The translations under genes and the position numbers were made by a program. Shown one piece after another: positions 27,640 to 35,955 of a stretch of DNA of 42,522 bases (positions within the stretch are counted from its first letter, which is position 1; each line of letters begins with the position of its first letter). Origin of the DNA: Candidatus Eiseniibacteriota bacterium. Its GTDB lineage: Bacteria; Arandabacterota; Arandabacteria; Arandabacterales; Arandabacteraceae. Where the stretch lies: positions 1-42,522 of the forward strand of contig JBDRNT010000081.1 of assembly GCA_043810925.1 (NCBI GenBank), written 5' to 3'. The notes under the pieces were generated by a model. The model saw only the letters and a program-made list of their open reading frames with translations. It had not been told where the DNA came from and made no database searches.

Positions 27640-28794
27640 TTATTTTAGGGCTTCAGAGGGGCGCGAGTAGTCCCTGTAAAGGCTGAAACTCTCAAAGATA
27701 TCCCCGGGAATAAGTGGTTGGCCTTTGGTTATCAGACTGACGAGGTTTAGAGCCACACCCGGACCCAGCATCAAGCCCTGCCCGCAGAATCCCACGGCAA
27801 CATAGAAGCCATCCGAGTCTCTGAGTTGACCCACAATCGGCACGCCATCCGGTGTCATGGGATACAATCCGCGCCATACTCTTCGAACCCTTATGTTTCT
27901 GAGCCTCGGGAACAGCTCCATCAACCGGCGGGAGGCCTGAGGGAGAAAGTCCGAGGTCGAATCCCGATTGAGACCGGGAATCGCAGGCTCGGGTGTCAGG
28001 CAGAAAATCACGTGCCCTTCCGCTTCCTGGTAGAAGTAGAAGTTGGTCGATCCGGGGAAGCCCCTTATGTCCACGACCATCGGCATGAAGAAAGGCTCGA
28101 CAGGTTCGGTCACACCTGCCTCATGCGAGTCAGGGACGACGGGAAGATCAACACCCATCATCTTCCCCACCTCACGGGCACTTGCTCCGGCTGCATTGAC
28201 CACGCTCCGGGCGGCGTAGCTGCCTTTGCCGGTCTTCACCCTCTTTGCCGTACCCGACTCCTGCGTGATCGCGGTCACCTTCTCTTCAAACCTGAACTCT
28301 GCACCCAGCTCGAGTGCCCGGTCATAGAAAGCTCTCGCTGCCAGGATCGGTGATACATTGCCGTCCTCGGGCGAGTAGGTTCCGCCTCTTAAGCCCTCCG
28401 GATTGATGCCGGGAACGAAACTCGTGAGATCTGCAGCATCGTGCCAGTCGATATTCAGGCCGTGCTCCTTCTGTGTGGTGAGCAGATCCCTGAGGCCTAT
28501 CTCGTGCTTTTCTTCGTAAACCGGGAAGCAGTATCCACCCTGCTGGAAGTGGATGTCATCTCCGTAGCGCTCCCTCCACCGGGAAAAGACCCCTAGGCTG
28601 AGCCGGCAGGTCTGGATCTTGGCCGGGTCCGAGTGAGTGGCCCGCACTCCTCCAATCGCACTCTTGTTCTGACCCTGACCGGGAGACGGCAGCTCATCGA
28701 CTACCAGGACCCGGACCCCCTCCTGTGCGAGGAAGAATGCCGTGGGAAGTCCCACGCTTCCTGCGCCTATTATGATCACATCATGACTTGTCAT
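27640..28794 (-). CDS. FAD-dependent oxidoreductase (DAO family; sarcosine oxidase beta / proline dehydrogenase beta-like)
   Basis: GAGSVG, VVNAAG, RVWRGLYPMTPDG and GFCGQGLMLGP. ATGA overlap with the upstream gene. Confidence 0.9.
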   Translation of the reverse strand: MTSHDVIIIGAGSVGLPTAFFLAQEGVRVLVVDELPSPGQGQNKSAIGGVRATHSDPAKIQTCRLSLGVFSRWRERYGDDIHFQQGGYCFPVYEEKHEIGLRDLLTTQKEHGLNIDWHDAADLTSFVPGINPEGLRGGTYSPEDGNVSPILAARAFYDRALELGAEFRFEEKVTAITQESGTAKRVKTGKGSYAARSVVNAAGASAREVGKMMGVDLPVVPDSHEAGVTEPVEPFFMPMVVDIRGFPGSTNFYFYQEAEGHVIFCLTPEPAIPGLNRDSTSDFLPQASRRLMELFPRLRNIRVRRVWRGLYPMTPDGVPIVGQLRDSDGFYVAVGFCGQGLMLGPGVALNLVSLITKGQPLIPGDIFESFSLYRDYSRPSEALK

Positions 28795-30869
28795 TCCACC
28801 TCACCATCCGGGTGTTCTCCGGCGAGCAGCCCCAGTGTGACTTCGGAGACCAGCGGTCTCCTGGCAAAACCGATCACATCAGACAGGTCCACGCCTTCAT
28901 CTCTGTAAAGACCCAGTATCAGCGACTCACACGTCTTGCCACCGCATGCTCCCATACCGCATCTCATGGTCTTGAGCTGATTAAGATCTCGTACGCCGCT
29001 CCGAATCGCCTTCCTTATGTCTCCGGCTTTAACGCGTTCGCATCTGCATATTATGGTCTCATCATCGATGCACGCACCCGGCTCCACCCCCGCGGGCTCG
29101 CTGATTGACCGGTCCTGCACTCTTAGACCCGCCACCTGTAGGGCCTTCTCCCTGGATACCTTGAGCGTAATCAGCAGGGTTCTGTCATAGGGTTTGGCCC
29201 CGGCCACCTTCACCGCCTCAGCAGCCGCTACGAAGTTTCCATCCATGTCAACTGCATCCACGGTGTCCCCCACGTCGACAACCGAGTCCAGGAGCTCGAA
29301 GGCAACCACGACCAGAGCGTCAGGACCGTCACATCTTAAGTCCACAAGCGTTATTGCCAACCCGGGGCAAGCGGCCACGCATAGATTGCAGCCGGTGCAT
29401 TCGTCCTTGACCACCTGCGGCAGACCGAGCACCGGATCACCCTCGATCTTGATCATGTCCTTAGGGCAGATGTGAACGCAGGGATCACACGGTATCTCCT
29501 GCACACATCTTATCACCGGGAAGAGACCCGACCGCGCGGCCTCGGTCTTGAGAACACAGGTGTCACCCGGTTTGCTCTTTAGCACCTCCCACCGTCGCCG
29601 CCACTCTTCCGGAACCTCCACATTCTTACCGAGTGATTGGGCCATGCGTCTTCCCGCAATCCGCCCGGAGAAGATAGCCGCCGAGGCTTCCGCAATCTCC
29701 GAGGCGTCACCCGCCGAGTAGACCTCCATACCGAACCGGTCGGCCTGATGGTAGAGCTCATCGACGGGATTTAGCCCGACCGCCACCAGCAAGGTGTCGG
29801 CCTCGAAAGTCTTCTCGGTTCCATCGATGGGAGTGAATTGCTCGTCGACTCCAACCACCGTCACCGTTTCAACTCTGTCTCTGCCGCCGGCACACCTGAC
29901 TGTGTGGGATGTCCAGACCGGTACCCCCAGCCTCTTGATCTTATCCTGGTGGACTTTATACCCGCCCACCTCCGGCATGGCCTCAACCACACCGACAACG
30001 CCGATTCCTGCCTGGACGGCATGATATGCGGCGATAAGCCCGACATTTCCACCACCTATTACAAGGAGTTTCTCCGAAGGGCGAACGAGATCACGGTTGA
30101 CCAGCGTCTGAAAAGCCCCTGCCCCGTACACCCCGGGCAGGTCACATCCCGGAAACGCAAGGGCCTTTTCCCGGGCGCCGGCCGCAATCAGGAGAAGCCG
30201 AGGGTTTATCAGAGAATATTCGGACTGGTTGACGACACCTATCTTCTTGTCCTGGTAACACGCTACAGCAGTAGTATTTAACATCACACGGATGTTCGGG
30301 CACTTCTCCATTTCCACGGCAAGTTTGGTGGCTATGTCTATTCCCCTCGTCCCCGCGAAGCAGTCCTGAACCGTGCCGAAGAAGGAGTGGGTCTGAAGAA
30401 CGAGCTTCCCCCCCAGCCGGTGTTTGTCGTCAACGATCAGAATCTCCACGCCATGCGGGGCAAGTTCGAGTGCTGCGGTGATCCCCGCCGGCCCTCCACC
30501 GATGATCAACACATCGGTTTGAGTGGTGCGGATAGGCTCGAACCCGGTGGGCGCCGCGTCTGCCTCCGGGAGCACCGGTGTGCCCTCACAGGCAGCCACC
30601 TTCATACCTTCCCGGACGGGAACCATGCAACCCTTGACCGGTACGCCGTCGGCTATCACCAGACACTGGGAACACTGGCCGTTGGCGCAGAACAGACCCT
30701 GCGCGCTGCCATCCCTGGGATGATGACCGAAGATGGTTATTCCGTTGGCAAACAGGGCCGATGAGATCACCTCACCCGGCTTCGCAAACATCTGTTTCCC
30801 ACTGAAATAGAACGGAATGCCGGCCGGCGGTCCGACCTCGAGGATGGGATGTTCAGTGATGCGACCCAT
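28791..30869 (-). CDS. Multidomain FAD/Fe-S oxidoreductase (2Fe-2S, pyridine nucleotide-disulphide fold, 2x4Fe-4S, BFD-like 2Fe-2S)
   Basis: FCANGQCSQC, GGGPAG, GGGNVG, CVQEIPCDPCVHIC, CTGCNLCVAACP and ICRCE...GACGGKTC. ATG 30869 with RBS GGAG. Confidence 0.9.
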   Translation of the reverse strand: MGRITEHPILEVGPPAGIPFYFSGKQMFAKPGEVISSALFANGITIFGHHPRDGSAQGLFCANGQCSQCLVIADGVPVKGCMVPVREGMKVAACEGTPVLPEADAAPTGFEPIRTTQTDVLIIGGGPAGITAALELAPHGVEILIVDDKHRLGGKLVLQTHSFFGTVQDCFAGTRGIDIATKLAVEMEKCPNIRVMLNTTAVACYQDKKIGVVNQSEYSLINPRLLLIAAGAREKALAFPGCDLPGVYGAGAFQTLVNRDLVRPSEKLLVIGGGNVGLIAAYHAVQAGIGVVGVVEAMPEVGGYKVHQDKIKRLGVPVWTSHTVRCAGGRDRVETVTVVGVDEQFTPIDGTEKTFEADTLLVAVGLNPVDELYHQADRFGMEVYSAGDASEIAEASAAIFSGRIAGRRMAQSLGKNVEVPEEWRRRWEVLKSKPGDTCVLKTEAARSGLFPVIRCVQEIPCDPCVHICPKDMIKIEGDPVLGLPQVVKDECTGCNLCVAACPGLAITLVDLRCDGPDALVVVAFELLDSVVDVGDTVDAVDMDGNFVAAAEAVKVAGAKPYDRTLLITLKVSREKALQVAGLRVQDRSISEPAGVEPGACIDDETIICRCERVKAGDIRKAIRSGVRDLNQLKTMRCGMGACGGKTCESLILGLYRDEGVDLSDVIGFARRPLVSEVTLGLLAGEHPDGEVE

Positions 30870-31032
30870 GTAGCCTGACTCCACAGATACGGGGAACCCG
30901 GTTACCGGATCCCCTGACTGCTATATATATCAAATGAAGACCGTTGAAACCACACCTAATTATGTACTCAGATCCCGACAAATAAGGCGGCAGACCCTAT
31001 CTGGCCGGGTTCCCGCCCCATGGTATATAAGT

Positions 31033-31061
31033 TTGATTAGATTTCGCAAATATGGTAAAAT
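31033..31061 (+). promoter_or_regulatory. Sigma70-type promoter with extended -10
   Basis: TTGATT (31033-31038), 17-nt spacer, TGgTAAAAT (31053-31061). Confidence 0.7.
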
Positions 31062-31101
31062 GCATCATGAACGTTTATAGCCGTCCACAAGGAGGACTCA
31101 G

Positions 31102-34100
31102 ATGAGGAAGGCGCTACTGCTTCTCACCGTATTTGCCGTTGTTCTGCCGAGTTCACTCTTCGCATCCGGGGACGCTACCTGGGTACCCCTCGCACCCGAT
31201 AACCTGCGCGGCGGGATCACAGCGCAGGTGATTGCAGAGACCGGCAACGAGGTCATTCTCGAGTTTGACATACCCGGCTTCTCTCTCAGCGAGACCCCGA
31301 CAGACCATGGGACATTTTCGATACTCGACGTCCAGAATTGCGGCCGGACAATCACAATAGGCGAGGCCCGCCTCCCCGTCTGCCGCAAGGCAGTTGAGAT
31401 ACCTCAGCACGCGCTTGTTCGAGTCGAGGTTATTGAGCGCATCACCTCCAGATTCAATCTCTCCGATCTCGGCTATCCGAGCAGAATCTATCCGGTCCAG
31501 GCACCGGTAGAGAAGTTACCGGGCGCCAGAGAGTCCGCTGAGTTTGCCATCTCCGAAGAGTTTTATGCTTCAAGCGGGACGTTCCCGGTCTACCAGGCCC
31601 GCATCGCAGAGACGGGCCAGATGCGGGGCCACCGGTTTGCGATGGTCGAAGTCGCGCCGGTAAGTTACATACCTGCCGATGGGATTGTCGAGGTAACCAG
31701 CAGGATCCGTATCAAGGTGACCACCACAGGTGCGGATTACGAAGCAACCAGAGCGACAATCAACCGGTACGCGACACCGGCTTTCGAGCAGGCTGCTGCC
31801 CGGGTACTCCTCAACTACCAGGCACCCTCGGATAAGGCCGTACCTGACTGGCCGGCCGGCTATCTCATCATCACTGATCCCGACTTCTACGACGAAATGC
31901 AGCCCCTGGCCGCCTGGAAGAACAGCAAGGGCTACCAGACAACCGTGACATCGACAGCCGACGTCCCCGGTGGAGTCACAACGACCACGGTCAAGAACTA
32001 TATCAAGGACGCCTGGCAGACATGGGACATACCTCCTGCATTTGTGTTGCTGGTGGGTGATGTCGCCGACATACCCAACTTCGTGGGGGTAGGCGTCAAC
32101 AACCCGGCGACCGATCTCTACTATGCCACCATGACCGATCCCGATTACATTCCGGATCTCGGTATCGGACGCTTCTCGGTAACCAGCCCGACTGAGGCCA
32201 GTGCAATCGTAGCGAAGACCATCAACTATGAGAAACTGCTCATCTCGGGGACACCGTGGCTTAAGAAGGCTGTCTTCATGGCCTCCCTGGACAACTACAC
32301 GGTCACCGAGGGGACCCACAACTACGTGATCTCCAATTACATGGATCCGGCAGGCTACACCTCCGATAAGCTCTACTGCTACACCTACAGTGCGACAACC
32401 CAGCAGGTGAGGGATGCGCTTAACGACGGACGCGGACTTGCCATCTATTCAGGACACGGGGCTGAAACCTACTGGGCGGACGGACCTCAGTTCACCCAGA
32501 GTGATGTGGACGGCCTCACCAATCTCGACATGTATCCCTTCGTACACAGCTATTCTTGCGTAACAGGAACGTATACCGTTGGCGAGTGCTTTGCCGAGAC
32601 CTGGATTCGTAAGATCGACAAAGCGGGGCTTGCATTCTGGGGATCGTCCGTCACGTCCTACTGGGATGAGGACGATGTGCTCGAGAAGGGTGTGTTTCAG
32701 GCGCTCTTCGATGACGGTCTGACCTGGATCTCAGGGATGCTTGATCAGGGCAAGTGGTACCTCTATGAACACTATAGCGGCGGGGGCGACACCCAGCGCT
32801 ACTACGAGATGTATAACATAATCGGCGATCCATCCATCGACATATGGACGGACATCCCCGCACCGATGAGCGTGTCTCATAACAGCACCTGTCCGGTCGG
32901 CGCGGGAACGTATGCGGTGAACGTCGGTGATGCCAAGGGGCCGCTCGCCGATGCGCTTGTGTGTCTCGATATGCCCGGTGAGGTATACGAGACGGCATAT
33001 ACGGATATCAACGGGGATGTGACGCTCATCCTCGATCCGCCACCCACCGTGGTGGGCGAGATGACGCTCACCGTGACCTGTCATAACTTCGGGCCCGAGA
33101 TAGACTTGATCGATGTAGTCGTGCCGGCCATAGTCACTGTGGTTCCCGACACCATCGTGGTCGAGACCCCGACGCTTGTTACCGTCACTGTACTCGATAC
33201 CCTGTCCCAGCCTATGACCGATGTTGTTGTCACGATCGATGGCTGGGGCATCGAGCCGGCACTCGTCGATACGACCGATCTTTTTGGCCAGACGGCAATT
33301 ACGGTTGATGCTCCCTACGGTGAAATCCTCACCGTGGTCGGAAGACAGATCGGTGAGACTTATGATTGCTTCGAAGAGGCGATCGTCGTCATAGGCGCAT
33401 CGACACTCCCCGGCCCGCAGGTCGAGGCCAGGGTCGATGATGTCGGTCTTGTGGGCGCACTCACTCCTTACTATGAAGGAGTGATCATCGGGCGTTCGTC
33501 GCATACCGGGCTGGACATGTTCGCCGCCGGCTGCGGCGTCGACGCTTTTGTGTCTTCCTCGGCAGACACGGCCTTGCTTGAGGTCACACCGACAAGCCTC
33601 GGTACGATCACCGTGGTACTCTCATATCCGGGTTATGAGATCTACGAGGGAAGCGTTCCTGTCATAGAGGCTTACGGCACGCTCTCCGGGACCGTCCGGG
33701 ATGTGTCCACAGGGGATTCGCTTGCCGGAGTTGCTGTGAGTTTCTATACCGCGGGAGCCGACACGGGCCTGGCGGACCCGGTCTTTGAAACCACAAGTGG
33801 TGCGGGCGGAAGCTATGCCGCACCCGATAGTATTCTTGTCGGCCCATACGATGTCTATGCCGTTAACTTCGGTTATCTCGCTTTCGACGGTTCGGCCATG
33901 GTTTACGTGGGCGCGAATGTCTACGACATCGATCTGACGCCCGCGCCGAGCGGTGTGGTCTCAGGCACCGTTACTGAAACGGGCACCGGGAGACCGATCA
34001 CCGCAACGATCAAGATCTACCGCAGTGATGACATGTCGCTTTACTCTGAGACATCCTCAGATTCGCTTGCCGGAGGCGCTTACACCACGGCCGCCCTACC

Positions 34101-35883
34101 GTACTTCACCTATCTCTTCAGGGTGAGCGCACCTCACCTCATGACACAGAACATCTATGTCACTGTCGATGAGGCCACCGAGATAGCGGATGTCGAGATG
34201 GTCCCCACCGAGGGCAACCTGCTCGTGATCGATGACGACACGGGTGACAAGACCGCCGCCAAGCAGGGGCACAAAGGAGAGTGGCTCGTCTTCGACGGGA
34301 TCCCCACCAGCGGGGCTGAGAAGTCCGCTTCGATAATCGCAGCGGATCTTACAGATCTCGGGTACGATGTGACGATCGAGACCTCGGCCGCAACGGACCC
34401 CGGAACCTGGCCCCTGTATGACGTTGTGATCTGGAGCGCGGGCGATGACACCCAGCCGGTTTCGGTCGGCTCCTACCGTTCCAGTCTCAACGCGTACGCG
34501 GCAGGCTCCGGAAAGCTTCTGATCGAGGGCGGGGAGATCGGTTACGATGCGGCCAGCTATCCCGGCTATCCGAATTTCGCGGACACCACGCTTCATGTCG
34601 TATCATGGGCGCATGACTGCTCGGGCAACCTCACGCTTGCTCAGCCCACGCACCCGATCGCGACAATACCGAACCCCCTCACGGCCACCATGGCAATGAC
34701 GTGCGACGGCTACGGCGATCAGGATGCGCTCATACCCGAGGGCGGCGTTCAGATAGTCTTTGACTGGAGCACGTACACCGGCCAGGGTGGGGTGCTCGTC
34801 TATGATGATAACGCAGATCCGGCGTCCTCCCAGATCGTCTTCTACTCCTTCGACTACGATAATGTGACAGACACCGCCGCGCGGAAGGATCTGCTCGAAA
34901 ACACGGTGGCACACCTGCTCGCCGAGGAATCGTCACCCGATGGATCGATAAGCGGAAACGTGGAACTCTCCGGTCAGGCGACTTACGAGGGCGTGATCGT
35001 CACAACATCTCCGGGTGGACTCTCCGACACGACGGATGCCAGTGGAGACTATGTGATCGATGGTCTCTATGACGGCACCTACTCCGTTACGGCAAGCAAG
35101 ACCGGCTTCGGAGATTCGTCCGAGGTAGTGGTGATAACGGGTGGGGCGACAGTCACGGATGTCGACTTCAAGCTCTATCCAGTATTTGAATACATGGACA
35201 GTCCGGAGCTTGCGATCCCGGACAACAACACCACAGGAATCCGCGCCTACATCGATGTCACGGCCGGTGCCGAGATAGCGTCCGTGGACTGCTATGTAGA
35301 TATCACGCATTCTTACAAGGGCGATCTCATCGTGGAGCTGAAGTCACCCGAGGGAACAACGGTGCGGCTGCATAACCGTACCGGGAGCTCGGCAGACAAC
35401 ATCATCACCTGGTATGACATCGAAACCTCACCTGACGGTCCGGGTTCGATGAGTGACTTCGTTGGTGAGTGGTCCGAAGGCCAGTGGGAGATATGGGTAA
35501 GCGACCAGGCCGGCGGCGACACGGGCACCCTTCACACCTGGGGTCTCCGGATCGGGTTTCCCCCGTCAACAGCCGGTCAGGGCGTGATCGTATCCGATAT
35601 TCCGGCAAAGCATTTCCTGGCAGGGAACCGCCCGAATCCCTTCGGCCAGCTGACGCGGCTGCAGTTCGGTCTGCCGAGGGATGGCAGGGTCGAGCTCGCG
35701 GTCTATGACGTTGCAGGACGCCGGATCACCGTGCTGGCATCGGGACAGTATCCCGCGGGTGTCCATACGGCGCACTGGGACGGGAAAGATTCAGCCGGAC
35801 GCCCTGTGGCAAGCGGCATCTACTTCTGCCATTTCCGCGCAGAGGATTTCACCGCTACCCGCAGTTTGGTATTGATGAAGTAA
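31102..35883 (+). CDS. Secreted C25 (gingipain-family) cysteine peptidase with propeptide, Ig/CarboxypepD_reg-like repeats, P-proprotein domain and FlgD-Ig CTD
   Basis: RBS AAGGAGG; YLIIT...LAAWK..KG, VLLVGD, TDLYY, IGRFS; His-Cys dyad YSGHG / SYSC; IIGDPS; IPDNN..ITHSYKGDL; PNPF..VYDVAGR..WDGKD..SGIYF. Confidence 0.92.
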   Translation: MRKALLLLTVFAVVLPSSLFASGDATWVPLAPDNLRGGITAQVIAETGNEVILEFDIPGFSLSETPTDHGTFSILDVQNCGRTITIGEARLPVCRKAVEIPQHALVRVEVIERITSRFNLSDLGYPSRIYPVQAPVEKLPGARESAEFAISEEFYASSGTFPVYQARIAETGQMRGHRFAMVEVAPVSYIPADGIVEVTSRIRIKVTTTGADYEATRATINRYATPAFEQAAARVLLNYQAPSDKAVPDWPAGYLIITDPDFYDEMQPLAAWKNSKGYQTTVTSTADVPGGVTTTTVKNYIKDAWQTWDIPPAFVLLVGDVADIPNFVGVGVNNPATDLYYATMTDPDYIPDLGIGRFSVTSPTEASAIVAKTINYEKLLISGTPWLKKAVFMASLDNYTVTEGTHNYVISNYMDPAGYTSDKLYCYTYSATTQQVRDALNDGRGLAIYSGHGAETYWADGPQFTQSDVDGLTNLDMYPFVHSYSCVTGTYTVGECFAETWIRKIDKAGLAFWGSSVTSYWDEDDVLEKGVFQALFDDGLTWISGMLDQGKWYLYEHYSGGGDTQRYYEMYNIIGDPSIDIWTDIPAPMSVSHNSTCPVGAGTYAVNVGDAKGPLADALVCLDMPGEVYETAYTDINGDVTLILDPPPTVVGEMTLTVTCHNFGPEIDLIDVVVPAIVTVVPDTIVVETPTLVTVTVLDTLSQPMTDVVVTIDGWGIEPALVDTTDLFGQTAITVDAPYGEILTVVGRQIGETYDCFEEAIVVIGASTLPGPQVEARVDDVGLVGALTPYYEGVIIGRSSHTGLDMFAAGCGVDAFVSSSADTALLEVTPTSLGTITVVLSYPGYEIYEGSVPVIEAYGTLSGTVRDVSTGDSLAGVAVSFYTAGADTGLADPVFETTSGAGGSYAAPDSILVGPYDVYAVNFGYLAFDGSAMVYVGANVYDIDLTPAPSGVVSGTVTETGTGRPITATIKIYRSDDMSLYSETSSDSLAGGAYTTAALPYFTYLFRVSAPHLMTQNIYVTVDEATEIADVEMVPTEGNLLVIDDDTGDKTAAKQGHKGEWLVFDGIPTSGAEKSASIIAADLTDLGYDVTIETSAATDPGTWPLYDVVIWSAGDDTQPVSVGSYRSSLNAYAAGSGKLLIEGGEIGYDAASYPGYPNFADTTLHVVSWAHDCSGNLTLAQPTHPIATIPNPLTATMAMTCDGYGDQDALIPEGGVQIVFDWSTYTGQGGVLVYDDNADPASSQIVFYSFDYDNVTDTAARKDLLENTVAHLLAEESSPDGSISGNVELSGQATYEGVIVTTSPGGLSDTTDASGDYVIDGLYDGTYSVTASKTGFGDSSEVVVITGGATVTDVDFKLYPVFEYMDSPELAIPDNNTTGIRAYIDVTAGAEIASVDCYVDITHSYKGDLIVELKSPEGTTVRLHNRTGSSADNIITWYDIETSPDGPGSMSDFVGEWSEGQWEIWVSDQAGGDTGTLHTWGLRIGFPPSTAGQGVIVSDIPAKHFLAGNRPNPFGQLTRLQFGLPRDGRVELAVYDVAGRRITVLASGQYPAGVHTAHWDGKDSAGRPVASGIYFCHFRAEDFTATRSLVLMK

Positions 35884-35899
35884 CGCCTGGTACGACCCT

Positions 35900-35945
35900 G
35901 GGGGTCAGGTCTTGAAATGTAGCGTCGGGGTTCCGCCCCCGACGC
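35900..35945 (+). repeat. Composite repeat: GGGGTCAGGTCTTG motif fused to a GTAG REP-like palindrome
   Basis: GTAGCGTCGGGGTTCCGCCCCCGACGC (35919-35945) closely matches 26836-26862 and lies between convergent genes. Confidence 0.7.
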
Positions 35946-35955
35946 GTGCAATTGG

